From positions 79,117,092 through 79,181,091 of the forward strand of contig JARDVH010000042.1 of the NCBI GenBank assembly GCA_030324005.1: a stretch of DNA of 64,000 nucleotides. The letters run 5' to 3'. A program made the translations under genes and the position numbers. The notes beneath the pieces are model-generated. The model made no database searches. It saw only the letters and a program-made list of their open reading frames with translations, and was not told where the DNA came from. This document shows, in pieces, positions 11,735-25,315 of this stretch. Each line of letters begins with the position of its first letter. Within the stretch, counting starts at the first letter, position 1. This stretch comes from Negaprion brevirostris (lineage: Eukaryota).

Positions 11735-13730
11735 TTTCACAGATATGCAGATCTCTGGTTAGGTCAGCATTTGTTGCCCATCCCTAAATGCCTGGCGGTG
11801 TTGAGTTGCTTTCTTGAACCACTGCAGTCCATGTGGTGTAGGTGGACTCATGGTCCTGATATGACAGGAGTTTCAGGAATTTCACCAGTGACAGTGAAGG
11901 AATGGTAATATAGTTCCAAATCAGGATGCTGTGTGGCTTGGAGGAGAATATACAGATGGTGGTCTCTGCTGCCCTTNNNNNNNNNNNNNNNNNNNNNNNN
12001 NNNNNNNNNNNNNNNNNNNNNNNNNNNNNNNNNNNNNNNNNNNNNNNNNNNNNNNNNNNNNNNNNNNNNNNNNNNNTGTCCTACTACGTGGAAGGTACTT
12101 TTGAAGGAACCATGATAAATTGCTGATTCTGAGATTGGACAGCACTTGAACAATCCAGAGTGTGCTGGAATTTACACTAATAACCAATTAAATGTTTTCA
12201 TTTGGGCTTACAAGCTCACTTAAGCTTGCTAGAAGTTATATGTATTCATATACAGGGGCCTATTCTCTGAAGGCAAAAGGAACATCTTGTAGATGTGTGT
12301 CAGTGGTGGAGGGATTGAATTTTTAAGTCGGTGGATAGCATGCCAATCAAATGGGCTGCTTTGTCCTGGACGAGGTCAAGCTTCTTGAGAGTTGTTGCAG
12401 CTGCACTGCAAGTGGAAATTATTTCATAACACTCTTGACTTGTGCCTTGTAGATGGCTTGGGGGAGTCAGGCCTTAACTTATTTACGACAGAATTCTCAA
12501 CCTCTAACATGCTCTTGAGCCAAAGTCTTTATATAACTGGTCCAGTTTAGTTTCTGGTCAATGACAAACCCAGGATGTTGATAATGGGGATTTCTACAAT
12601 GGTTATGCTCTTGACTATCAAGGGGAGATGTTAGATTGTTCCTTGTTGGAGATGGTCATTGCCTGCTACTTGTGTGGCCACTTATCAGCCCAAGCCTAAA
12701 TGTTGTACAGGTCTTGTTGCATATGGGCACAGACTGCTTCAGTATCTGAGGAGTTGTAAATGGTGCAAATTGTGCAATCATCAGTGAACATTCCCACTTC
12801 TGACCTTATGATGGAATGAATGCCATTGATGAAGCAACTTAAGATAGTTGTGTCCAAGACACCACCCTGTGGAACTCCTGCAGTGATGTTCTGGGACNNN
12901 NNNNNNNNNNNNNNNNNNNNNNNNNNNNNNNNNNNTTTGTGATAAGTATGACTCCAACCAGTGGTGGTCCTCCCCACCTGATTCCCATCAACTCCAGTTT
13001 TGCTAGGGCTTATTGATGCCACATTCGGTTAAATTATGCCTTGATGTCAAAGGCAGTCACTCTCACCTCACCTCTGGCATTCATGTCTTTTGTTCATGTT
13101 TGAACCAAGGCTGTAATGAGGTCAGAAGTTGAGTGACCCTGGTGGAAGCCAAACTGAGCGTCAGTGAGCAGATTATTGCTTGATAAGTATCACTTGATAG
13201 CACTTCGATGACACCTTCCTTCACTTTACTGAGGTTCAAGGGTAGACTGGGGCAGTAAGTGGCCGGGTTGGATTTCCACTGCTTTTTGAGAACAGGATGC
13301 ACCTTGGAAATTTTCCATATTGTCAAGAAGATGTCAGTGTTGTAGCTGTACTGGAACAGCTTAGCCAAGGGCATGGCTCTAGGACAGACCTCTTCAGTAT
13401 TGTTGCCAAAGTGTTGTCATGGCCCATAGCCTTTGCAGTATCAGTGCCTTTGGCTATTTCTTGATGTCACATGGAATTCGTTGAATTAGCTGAAGATTGG
13501 CATCTGTGAAACTGGGAGTCAAGGTGGCTCATCCGCTTGGTAGCGCGAGCTGAAAATGGTTGCACATGCTTCAGCATTGTCTTTTGCATTGATGTGTTGG
13601 GTTCCTCCATTAATGTGGATGGAAATATTTTTGAAGTCTCTTCCTCCATTTAGTTGTTCAATTTTCCACCACCATTTATGACTGGGTATGACAGGACTGC
13701 AGAGTTTAGCTCTAATCTGTTGCTTTTGGG
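11735..13730 (-). mobile_element. Decayed CR1/L2-group LINE (RT region and 3' end)
   Basis: ORF 12696..13022 ITAGVPQGGVLDTTILSCFIN...MFTDDCTI; ORF 13081..13374 PLAKLFQYSY...WKISKVHPVLKK. The same family occurs at about 3030-3430, 6650-6880, 30380-30840, 41230-41560 and 50215-50835. Confidence 0.8.
12125..12290 (+). mobile_element. Inverted copy of the same Penelope GIY-YIG segment
   Basis: gattctgagattggacagcacttg...gctcacttaagcttgctagaag is the reverse complement of about 11260-11426. Confidence 0.75.
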
Positions 13731-14080
13731 TTCACAACCTTACTTTTTCAGAGTAATCTGAGGTAGACTGGGCACTTTTCTGGTCTGAAAGCAATGGATT
13801 TAGGCCCATTTGTGGATATGTGCAATATACAGTGAGCAATGATCTAAACTGACAAAAATGTTAGCGAGAGCTACATTTTGAGGGCATCCTGTGGCAACAC
13901 CATCTACTTGGGCATACATAGTGCCAGTAAAGCTACACTTAACTCTATAAGTTGCTAAATTCAAAAGTTCAGCAAAAGCAGATTCAGATAATGGCCACAC
14001 ATCTAGATTGTCATGATAAAGTGATGTGATGGAAATGTCTATAGCTTCCTTGAATGTTACATTCGTGAATAAGCTCATGT
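13730..14080 (-). mobile_element. Penelope-like reverse transcriptase fragment
   Basis: ORF 13800..14078 contains SLFTNV...EAIDI and YAQVDGVATGCPQNVALANIFV, the PLE RT motif QxxGxAMGSPxxxxxANIF. Confidence 0.75.
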
Positions 14081-15932
14081 GACATTGTGAACCAATTCAC
14101 TAATTCTTCCTCATATTCCCTGTAGTTTCATTAATTATGTATGGTAGGACTCCCAAGTATCACATTACCATCAAACTACAAGTAGAATAAGTGAGGAGGG
14201 GTTGTATCAAGGAATCTTCTGATGGTGCAGTGTAAACATGATATTCAGCAAGTTAAACCAGATCAGTGTAAACTGACTTACTTCTGATTTTCTACTTTTC
14301 CTGCTAAAAATTCCCTTACTTACACTCTTTGGCATTGTCTTGCAGGTTGGTCAGGATTGTTAACTGACATTGTGACAACAGCAAGGAGGAAACCCACTTA
14401 CTAGCCCTCCTAAGGCACCACAATTTATTATACTGCACCACCAGATTGCATTCAATACATTTCTAAATGGTACACTGTTCTGTGAATACTATTATACAAT
14501 TGGCAACAATCCTGAAAGAACAGTTGTTTTCTAGATGAGTAATTCCACCCTTCTCTTTGTATCACTGAAATGTAAACTTCTATTTCCATTTATTTATTGA
14601 CAAATAGAAATTAGCCTCTGCGGGTTAAGAAACCAAATTTTTTTGTATTTCCATTCATTAATAACATCTTTGATGTAGAAGATGACTAGGATTTCCTGAG
14701 AGGCTAACATAACTAAACATAAATATGACTGTTAGCCCAGATGGAATTGTTTCAGGGCCGTAGAAATCAATATTGTCATGGTTGGAGACAAATATTTGTA
14801 TGGCAGTCATAACAAAAGTTAGAACAACGAAAACTGAACCATCATAAATCGAAAACAAACTCAGAAGTTGCACATTGATAAGGTCAGAAGCACTAACACA
14901 GAGGAATCTTACAGAGAAAAACCAAGTTCCAGCGACAATGGAAGATATCAGCACCAAGGATGGGAAGCTGAACCGAGCACAGCATGATAAAGGCGATTCG
15001 TGAACAGATTAATCCTTCCATCTGTCAATCATAATATTAATTAACACCTTACAGAAGAGCATAGCGACACAATGGAAAACACAAAACAATCGTCTCCAAT
15101 CTGTCAATTTGAACTTTGCTACAACTTTTGAAAGTTTAGGAAGAAGGTTTTAATTTTTCTTGCCATAATATATTAAGATTATTGTAACCAGCTGAAGGGG
15201 GCTAGATTTCAGCAAAACAAACAACTCTGGATATAAATAAAACATTTCTAAGTATTTATATATGCTTATACCTGACTCATTCATTTCTACCTTTTTGGGA
15301 CAGGCTCTGAGTGTAAGTTTTGGTGCAATCCTGGATGTCTCTTGAAGACTGGTTCGGAAAATACATAGAGACTCAGCTTGTAGGTCAAGGTCATGCATAG
15401 CGACAGTAAATCTGACTCAATAGCACCACCAAGAGGCAATCAACAGAGCAATGATGTACAAAATTATTATTATTCTACCATGAGTTGCTTTCAATTCGCA
15501 GAAAGATATTAATTGTACATCAGGATTCATGTTCTGTATTGGAAGCCTGGTACTTCTGAATCAATAGCAAGTATGAATCAATAGCAGAAATTAACTTAGT
15601 CTAACCAACTACCATAAGTATTAAGGAAAATAAGTCGCTTGAGCAATCCAATGCAATTTATGAAAAAAAGTACAACCTGTAAGATTCATAGACATAAATT
15701 TAATGCAGAAATGTAACTATGATGGAGCAATTTCCAACTCTTAGCTTAAAATAGAAAAGTTATCATTTTGGTCAATAATTTTGGAATGATTGAATAACTG
15801 AAACACAAACTAGACACACAAGATGCTGACGCCAAAGGATGATATTGCCATTGAAAATTCTTGTCAGGCAGAGCACTTCAATCGTCTCCTGAACCAACAT
15901 TCCATAGAATTCCAGCCTACTTCTTTCAACAG

Positions 15933-17640
15933 CATAGAGTCATAGAGTTTTACAGTATGGAAACAGGCCTTTCAACCCAACTTGTCCATGCCGCCCTTAA
16001 TTTTTAACTACCAAATTAGTCCTAATCGCCCGCATTTGGCCCATATCCCTCTAAATCCATCCTACCCATGTCTAAATGCTTTTTAAAATTGTACCCAACT
16101 CTACTACTACCTCTGGCAGCTTGTTCCAGACACTCACCACCCTCTGTGTGAAAAATTGCCACTCTGGACCCTTTTGCATCCCTTCTCTCTCATCTTAAAC
16201 CTATGCCCTCTAGTTTTAGACTCTCCTACCCTTGGGAAAAAATGTTTTCCATCTAACTGATCTATGCCCTCATTATCTTACAGACCTCTAAAAGATCACC
16301 CTTCAGCCTCCTACGTTCCAGAGAAAAAAGTCCCATCTATCCAGCCTCTCCTTATAACTCAAACAATCATGTCCCGGTAGCATCCTAGTAAATCTTTTCT
16401 GCATTCTTTCTAAATGAATAATATCCTTTCTATAATAGGGTGACCGGACGGTACACAGTATTCCAAGTGTGGCCTTACCATTGTCTTGTACAACTTCAAC
16501 AAGATGTCCCAACTCCTGTATCCAATATTCTGACCAATGAAACAAAGCATGCTGAATGCCTTCTTCACCACTCTGTCCACCTGTGACTCCACTTTCAAGG
16601 AGATATCAACCTGTACCCCTAGATCTCTTCGTTCTGTAACTTTCTCCAATGCCCGACTATTAACTGAGTGAGTCCTGCCCTAGTTCAATTTACCAGACTT
16701 TACCATCTCATTTATCTAAATTAAAATCCCTCTGCCATTCACCAGCCCACTGGCCCAATTGATCAAGATCTCGTTGCGATCTGAGATAACCTTCTTCACT
16801 ATTCACTACGCCACCAATCTGCAAACTTACTAACCATGCCACCTATATTCTCATCCAAATCCCTAATATAAATTACAAATAACAGTAGACCCAGCACTGA
16901 TCCCTGAGGCACACTGCTGGTGACAGGTCTCCAGTTTGAAAAATAGCCACCTACAACCACCCTCAGACTTATGTCATCAAGCCAATTTTGTATCCATTTT
17001 GCTATCTCACTCTGGATCCCTTGAGACTTAACCTTATGCAACAGCCTACCATGCGGTACCTTGTCAAAGGCCTTGCTAAAGTCCACGTAGACAATATCAA
17101 CTGCACTTCCCTCATCTACCTTCTTGGTTACCCCTTCAAAACATTCAACCAAATTTGTGATACACGATTTTCCACTCACAAAGCCATGCTGACTGTTCCT
17201 AAGTGCCTGCAGATCCAGTCTCTCAAAATACCTACAACTTACCCACCAAAGATGTGAGGCTCACCAGCCTGTAATTCCCAGGCTTTTCCCTGCAGCCCTT
17301 TTTAAACAAAGACACAACATTTGCTACCCTCCAATTTTCAGACACCTCACCTGTGACTATCGATGATACAAATATCTCTGCTGGGGACCTGCAATTTCTT
17401 CCCTAGCCTCCCACAATGTCTTGGGATACACTTCATCAGATCCCGGGGATTTATCTAACTTGATGCGCTTTAAGACTTCCAGCATCTCCTTCTCTATTAT
17501 ATGTACACTCTTCAAGGCACCACTATTTATTTCCCCAAGTTCCCTAACATCCATGCTTTACTCAACAGTGAATACTGATGAGAAATATTCATTTAGGATC
17601 TCATCATCCCTTATGGATCCTCACATAGATGACCTTATTG
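15933..17640 (-). mobile_element. CR1-type LINE (HER1-like), 5'-truncated and frameshifted
   Basis: [16 protein letters not shown]...[21 protein letters not shown]...VPQGSVLG; ERRDLGVQVD; LYKTMVRPHLEYC. 3' microsatellite tail (CTCTATGA)n at about 15933-15947. Confidence 0.9.
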
Positions 17641-18540
17641 ACACATCCCAATGTTCAGTACAGAAGTTTAGCAATCTTGGGAGTATCCTCTCCAATAACA
17701 CTGTGCTTGAAGACAAAATCAACTATCACCTTACAAAAGCAAGCTGAGGGTTTAGCAGGCTCAAGTGCAGGTTTTGGAAAGAGCATGGTCCATGGCTCAG
17801 CATAAAGATAAAAGTCTACCAGGCAGGTGTTATTACATCACTTTTTTATGGGTGCAGCACTTGGACAAACTATTGGCATCACTTAAAACAACGAGACCCA
17901 TTTTATCTTTGCTGTCTGAGATCTGTTCGCAACAGCAGGTAGAAGGACGAAATCCCCTGCACTGAAATTCTTGCGAAGTGTTGCATATCTGGCATCGAGA
18001 GCATACTTGGCAGAAGTCAGCTTTGTTGGGTTGGTCATGTGATTCACTTGGAGGATTCCTCTGATTGTACCAAAGGCAGCACGGTAGTCTCAGCTCTGAA
18101 GAAGAGTCATACAAGCTCAAAACCTTAACTCTGTTTCTCTCTTCACAGATGCTGCCAGACCTGCTGAGTTTTTCCAGCATTTTCAGTTTTTATTCCAGCA
18201 CTCTACAGCGAAGCATGGGAATTCGTACCATAGGATGTGATATAAACTTAGATATAAAACCAATCTGTAAGCCAACCTCAGGGCTTGTAAGCTGGATTGC
18301 AATATATGGTTGGGTTTGGGTGGTTGGGGGAACAAGCTTGGACAGAGCCAAATGGAGAAATCTTCATCATCAGGCAATTTGAACATTTGAAAAGAAGAGT
18401 GCCATGTACCTTCAGGACNNNNNNNNNNAAGCGAATGTGGCACAAAGACATTGCCTCCATCCATCCTTCCAACGCTGACTTCATAGCTGGCATTTATAAT
18501 TGGTTATCCACATTGAGCCTTGGCCTAATGTCACACACGA
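17640..18540 (+). mobile_element. RTE-type LINE fragment, interrupted by a Penelope terminus at about 18090-18200
   Basis: VQKFSNLGSILSNNTVLEDKINYHLTKAS*GFSRL...KIKVYQAGVITSLFYGCSTW is a typical RTE post-RT region. Confidence 0.6.
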
Positions 18541-19835
18541 AATATCAGCCTTGACTGTAAACCGGTCTTTATTTACTTGCTGAAAACTCATCACTACAAA
18601 GTGACAGGAGAATCTGTCACTTTTGGAAGGATAGCTTTATGGCACATTTCTGGTACCAGGTAACATTTATCATTTTTACTCTGAGATATAGCTGTAGCAC
18701 ATGCATATTATTCATATTTAAATGAATTGTATTGACAATATTTCAAAGGCTTATTTAAATATGAATGTTGCATGTAGTTAGGTTTAGTGTGATTTGTCCA
18801 ACAATGCACTTGTCTTTTGAAAAGTTAATAGTGAAACTTCAACACTTAAAACACAATAAAATTGCTCTGTAGAGGAGATCATTCATTCATGTATAAATTG
18901 TGCAGCTTTAACTTGTTCTTGATGGAAAACCAGAAGGCCCGATACTTTATCCATTATTTTCTTTCTCCAAAGATGGTATGTAAACTGCAGAATGTTTCCA
19001 GCATTTTCTGTTTTTATTTGAACATTTTCCAATTTTACTTTGACTGCTTCTCTCCTGTCTGAATGCATGAAAGGTAAATTACAAAATGTACCTTCAGGAT
19101 GATGTGCTTTCATTGTATATTTTTGCAGTTTGTTTTTGTTTGTTTGTTCGTTTTTCTCTCAAGAAACATTGAAATGCTAAATCTTCTCTGATTGTACTTT
19201 TGGCCACATTCGGTGCTAGTGAAAAATGACCAAAAATGTGAACTCTAAATAGTCAATCCAGATCCGTGCTTCTGCAACCTATTTTGGTGCTTTCACCTTC
19301 CCACACGGTTGCTATAGCAATGGAAAATAACTGTAATTTTTTTGTCAACCTACACACATATTAAACAAAAGCTATTTCACATTCGTGCCTATCCAGCACC
19401 TTTTAATCCATCTGTGCAAAATAATAGTTTGAATTTGTTCACACCTCAGCAATCACCAGTGGAAACTCTTGCTGCTATTTCTTATTTTCTTCCAATTAGT
19501 ATAATACAAACCACGTTTATGTTGCACACTTTGACTAAAATATGCTGAATAGCATGGCTGTAAAATGTATTTGAATTTAATTTTTGTGGGTTGCCATAAT
19601 ACCTAATGATCGCAGAACTGAATGCTTCATTTAAACACGTGCTAAATTCAGAAATTTGGTGCAGATGAGAATTGGATGTAGAAGTGAAAGAAGATACTGA
19701 TTTTTATTCTTTTTGTTTTGCCTGCAATAGCTGGTGAGTGTTTTTATTGTCACCAAGCTAGGAGACCGTAATGTGCGATGACTTTACTAATTCGTAACTA
19801 AATTAGTTAATTAATAAATAAAAGTTTGGCAAATG

Positions 19836-20151
19836 GGGCACAGTGGTTAGCACTGCTGCCTCATAGTGCCAAGGACCTGGGTCCGATTCCCAGCTTGGGT
19901 CACTCTCTGTGCAGAGTTTGCACATTCCCCCCCGGTATCTACGTGGGTTTCCTCCGTCTGCTCTGGTTTCCTCCCACAGTCCAAAGATGTGCAGGGTAGG
20001 TAGATTGGCCATGCTAAATTGTCCCTTAGTATCAGGGGGATTAGCAGGGTAGATACATGGGGTTACGGGGATAGGACTTGAGTGGGATTGTTGTTGGTGC
20101 AGACTTGATGGGCCAAGTGGCCTCATCCTGCACTTCAGGGATTGTACAATT
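19836..20151 (+). mobile_element. HE1-type SINE with CR1-type tail
   Basis: ggcacagtggttagcactgctgcctca...gggtccgattccc...gatgggccaagtggcctc. Confidence 0.85.
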
Positions 20152-20894
20152 CTAATAAGCGTGATCATTTTGAACTTTTAGGAATCACGAGACACAACAC
20201 CATAGCAGCGGGTGTTTGAGTAAAACCCAAATATTAAAAACTGAATAAAGTTGAGAAAATGGGAACAAAGCCACCATGTATAGTTTCAGTTCATGATGAA
20301 TTTGATGGCCAATCACGTTGTGAAGGTATTTGAGATTTTTAAATAAAAGTACAGAATTGACATGCAGTAGCTTTCTAAAAGACATTAGAGTCAAGAAAAA
20401 GCTCAGCTGCAAGCTTTTGTGGGCAGGAAAGTAAGGATCCTCCCAATAGCTGGTCAAATTGAATGAAAAACAACTTCCTGATTTCAGTATTTGATCATGC
20501 CCAGTATCCTGTGGCTGGTAACTGTGTAATTCTATTTTGTGTGCTGCTACTAGCTTTACAAAATACTGAAATATTGACTAATGTGGGATATTGATCAATC
20601 TCCATTGCTGTTTGGCCAAGGGAAAACCACATGCAATCAAAAAACCAACTTTACATCTTTCTGCATCATGGTGTTAAACCTGTGAACTGGAAATAATGTC
20701 TGATCAATTCCTAAAAATGTACACCAGCTGCATTAGTAACATTGCAGTTCCCATTAAAAAGAGATGTGCACTAATAATACACTTGCCTTTAATTCAGATG
20801 TTAAATGATGTTGAGAACTCTGCACAAAAAAATGAAAAAAGTAAATAATTGATTTCATTAGTAGCAGTTGAATAATTTGAACAAAACATCAATG

Positions 20895-21230
20895 TGAAAG
20901 AAACCAAGGACATTGGAAAATCTCAGCAGGCCTGACAGCATCTGAGTTAACATTGAGTTTTTTTTTGTGTGTGTGTGTGTGTGTGTGTATTCATTCATTT
21001 GTTTTCAGTTATTGGCTCCCTGACCAGACTATCTCTTGTTTACAGGTACACTACATTCTTCTTTCAATCTCTTCCAGCTACAGTTTAATATCTAAAACAT
21101 TTCCCTCTCTTTTAGCTCTGAGGAAGAGTCAGACGGACATGAAATATTAACTCTGCTTTCTCTCCCTACAGATGCTGCCACATCTGTTTTGTTTTAGATT
21201 CCAGCAGCCACAGTATTTTGCTTATATTGC
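20895..21230 (+). mobile_element. Short Penelope-type non-autonomous element with inverted termini and internal (GT)n
   Basis: ggaaaatctcagcaggcctgacagcatctg at about 20913-20944 is an inverted copy of the family tail cagatgctgccagacctgctgag (seen at 18147). Hammerhead motif at 21114-21152; (GT)n at about 20966-20988. Confidence 0.6.
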
Positions 21231-21245
21231 CTAATGCGGAACTAT

Positions 21246-21575
21246 GGGACCGATTTTTGCCATCAAGTTGTGCCCATTTTCGCGTGTGAAAACTTGGTAA
21301 AGTCAGGCGTGAGGCGAGTAGTGCGATCCACGCCCACATCCATGCAAGTTTCCCCCTTTACCAAGACCCAAAAATGGCCGCGATTGGGACCGTGCCTGAA
21401 ACTGGCGTGATGGCCGTTTAAGTGCATTTTCATGCATTTAAATTGACTTAATGGGCTGCACACCCAACTTTAGTGGCACTTCCCCCTTTGCTATTGTGTT
21501 CGCCCATCCAGAATCGGCACAAAACAGACATGTTCCACAAAAGTCTGATTCGGGTGCTCCAGTTAATGAGGAGCT
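21246..21575. mobile_element. Left half of the same MITE family as 26734-27615
   Basis: gggaccgatttttgccat...tgtgcccattttcg...aacttggtaaagtcaggc is collinear with 26734-27060; it runs into an N-gap. Confidence 0.7.
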
Positions 21576-22243
21576 NNNNNNNNNNNNNNNNNNNNNNNNN
21601 NNNNNNNNNNNNNNNNNNNNNNNNNNNNNNNNNNNNNNNNNNNNNNNNNNNNNNNNNNNNNNNNNNNNNNNNNNNGTGTCAGGGGGACTAGCCAGGGTAA
21701 GTGCATAGGTTATGGAGATAAGGCCAGGATGTGTTTGTTGTTTGTTGTCAGTGCAGACTCGATGGGCTGAATGGCCTCCTTCTGCACTGTAGGATTCTAG
21801 GAAACCTCAGATGCCTGAAATGGCCATCCTGTCCCTTGTGGACACACAATGGGCATTCCAGTCAGCTTTTTGTGTCCAGGACAATCACAGGTTCAGGAAG
21901 TTTCATCAATTCAAGGAGTTCCAGGCTTTGGAGCTTGGACAATAATGGACCATATTGCAATCTATCTGGGAGGTTGAGTTCTTCATGTATAGCACTTCTC
22001 AGGAGGCAGCCACCCTGCAGCTTAAGACAGGACAGACAGGGAGGGACAAGGTGACTGTCAGACAGAGAGAAAGGACAAGTAGGGAATGCAAGAGACCCCT
22101 CTGTCTTGCTCTCTGATCAGTGTTTGGTTCTGAAACTCATTGGCGCAACGTGCAGCTAGTGTGAAAGAATGCAACGGAAAATATGAAGTTATAGGGAAAA
22201 CCAACTGTAGATTAGAAGTTATAAAAGCTTAAAGTCAAAGCTT

Positions 22244-22480
22244 ATTTTATTAGTTATAAGTAAGGCTTACATTAACATGGCAATGAAGTTACTGTGAAAT
22301 TCCCCTAGTTGTCACAGTCTAGCACCTGTTCAGGTCAATGCACCTAACCAGAATGTGGGAGGAAACCGGAGCACCTGGAAGAAACCCGCGCAGACATGGA
22401 AAGAATGTGCAAACTCCACACAGACAGTGACCCCAGCTGGGAATCGAACCCACATCACTGGCTCTGTGAAGCAGCACTAA
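22244..22480 (-). mobile_element. HE1-type SINE with alternative tail (...cacagtaacttcattg...aataaa)
   Basis: tttattagttataagtaaggcttacattaac...gggaatcgaaccc. Confidence 0.8.
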
Positions 22481-24124
22481 GATTGAAAAGAATTGAGTCT
22501 CCTGTGAAGTAAGTATTAAACATTAAAAGCAAAGCTCAATATATAAGCAAAATTAAAAGCTGGGCCAAAGAAAAAGGTTTAAAATGTTTGTAAAGCTTCC
22601 TGGATTTTTTTTTTGTACAACAGTATCTTGTGATATCCTTCGACACAAGGCTTTACCTCAGCAAAGCATTGAAAATTGTAAGATATTGCAACGTAGCAGT
22701 GGATAACCTGAAGGATAACCTAAATAATTTGTGAATTGAATCCTGGAAAGTGGGCATTGAAAAGTAATCACTATCTTTATCTTTTAGTATTCTCATTGTT
22801 TGAAGATTTATGGTTGATCGACACCCTTACTTCAGTCAATTGACAGACACGACACTGTTATTCTTGAATCAAATCACTTCTTTATTGAACAAAATAGAAA
22901 ATTCCAATGCTTATCACTGCTGTACCTTGTTTAAAACATGTAAGTGATTCTGTCTCCCTTTGTTACCACTACAAGTTGCTCAACATCGGTTTAAACAAAC
23001 AATACTTATCGAACAACTTCTAGTGAAGTTGTGGAGACATCATCATCTAATCATACTGGCCAGGCATGAATGGGGATCCAACTCCATCTTCAAGCTCAAA
23101 CTTCCATGATGGTTCTTCTTATTGCTGATTTGGCTATGTTGGTCACAATGTTTATATCTTCCTTGGGATGTGGCTGGAATTTTACTGCCTCACCTGCACC
23201 AGAATCGGGGCAGGGAGACTTGCAGAACAGCATTCTCCGTTGGCCTCGGGGGGATCTTATAAACATCAGGCAGGCGAGGCATGTGACTGTTTGCATTTCT
23301 CTGTGCCTGATAGACTATCACAGATATCCATGTTAATGGTCTCCCATGTGTTACAGCCGTTATCTCCTACTTTCCATGTGATGGTTGATGGATTGTTTAC
23401 AAACATTTGTTCATTCCACATCTCTGGCTGTGGCAGAACTGCCGGTGATTCCTTGTAGCATCTCTTAGCCACATTTCGCATTAGCCTTTAGTGTCCTTCT
23501 CTTTTACTTAGCCAATGTCCCAGCAAAATTTGGGACAGGACCACATTTTGACCAGAATAAATGATGTTAACTGGTATGAGTATCCAATAGGCTTTCTGTT
23601 AGTTTAAAAATAGAAATTGTTGAACAATATATTCATTCTAAAAAAACATAAATTATAGGGACAAGAATTTCTGCTAATGATTTCTGAAGTATGAACACAT
23701 TCAAACTATTATTTTGCACAGATGGACTAAAAGGGTGCTGAATAGACATGATTGTACAATGGTGTTTTATTTCAAAGTTCCAGCATCAGCAGCATTTTAC
23801 TCCTATGCTGCTGGTTCAGCTCTTTTAGGTATGAATATTAGAAGTACACAGGAGGATTTTAGATTTGTTGGATTCACTCTGGTATCTCTCAGGTAAAGGT
23901 ATGGTGCTGTAGTCTAGCGATAAGAGCTCTCCCTTTAATTGGGATAAAGTCATCCTTGCCAGACCTGGTAGCTTTCGACTTGAGGATTCATGTTGAATAC
24001 TATTTAAAATATTGTTATAATACAGGTCAGGAACTCCAAGATGTTTTATGAGTCTGCATAGATCATATAAGTTTTGCACTTTGGATTTTAGCATGGGTAA
24101 GCATAAGACGTTTCACTCCAGATA

Positions 24125-24680
24125 TGATTCAAATGACCATCTAGGGACCTTTAATCAAATAAAGTTTATTTAAGAATACAGTTAACAATAGAAAGAAAGT
24201 TAGCAATAAACAAGAAAAATAACTGTAATATTGTATAAACCTTAACAGCTATGAATACTGTTCCAACACAACATTCTTAGAAACATACACCCCGGTTTCA
24301 GTTTAACACAAAAAATATGTATGCTGGACCTTGCAGCTTTGCAACAACTGCTGTGAAATAGTCCTTTAGATGGAGAATATAACCTCCGACTTACCTGTCA
24401 TGGAGCTCCCAGCACACCTTGAGGTAGAGATAGAGCCACTGCTTGCCTCTAGCTAGCAAACAACCAACAGCAAAATTTTCACTCCAGAGATGCAAGAAAC
24501 ACTGCTTCCAATTGGCTAGCAGAATTTCTAATATCAGGGGGAGAGACAAACACATTACATTCAACCTAACGTCCAAACACCTTTGAACTAGCCAGCAGCT
24601 AAGACTGAAAGTAAAGAATTCTTGTGATAAAAAAATGAGAAAAGGCAGGCCCAACAATTGGTGACTCCACCGGGACATCA
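24125..24680 (-). mobile_element. Possible solo LTR
   Basis: TGAT...ATCA ends, tttatt poly(A) signal near the left end, LTR-like composition. Confidence 0.3.
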
Positions 24681-24704
24681 ATAAGAAGTAACTTTGTTGC
24701 TCCA

Positions 24705-25315
24705 ATATTTGGTAGCAAAAGACACTAGCTTTCGGAGCACTGTTCTTTCGTCAGATAAGTAGAAGTTGTATTCACAAACTCAATTTACAAAATAATGGTT
24801 GGAATGCGAGTCTTCACAGGTAATCAAGTCTTACAGACAATGTGAGTGGAGAGAGGGTTAAGCACAGGTTAAAGAGAGGTGTATTGTCTCCAGACAGGAC
24901 AGTTAGTGAGATTTTGCAAGCTTGGGCAAGTCATGATGACTTGCCNNNNNNNNNNNNNNNNNNNNNNNNNNNNNNNNNNNNNNNNNNNNNNNNNNNNNNN
25001 NNNNNNNNNNNNNNNNNNNNNNNNNNNNNNNNNNNNNNNNNNNNNATAGAGTGGTGTCTTGTCTCCAGTCAGGACAGTTAGTGAGATTTTGCAAGCGTGG
25101 TCAAGTCATGGGGGTTACAGATACTGTGACATGAACCCAAGATCCCAGTTGAGGCCGTCCTCATGTGTGCAGAAGTTGACTATCAGAACTTCCACTTACC
25201 TGATGAAGGAGCAGCGCTCCGAAAGCTAATGGCTTTTGCTACCAAAAAAAACTATTGGACTTTAACCTGAGACTTCTTACTGTGTTTACCCCAGTCCAAC
25301 ATCTCCACATTATGG
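24705..25315. mobile_element. Penelope-like element with inverted terminal repeats, each with a hammerhead motif
   Basis: tttggtagcaaaagacactagctttcggagcac...tcgtcag (24708-24754) is inverted relative to ctgatgaaggagcagcgctccgaaagctaatggcttttgctaccaaa (25200-25246). Confidence 0.75.

Noticed and set aside
19836-19905. tRNA-like A/B-box sequences
   Set aside because: They are heads of the recurrent SINE family, not tRNA genes.
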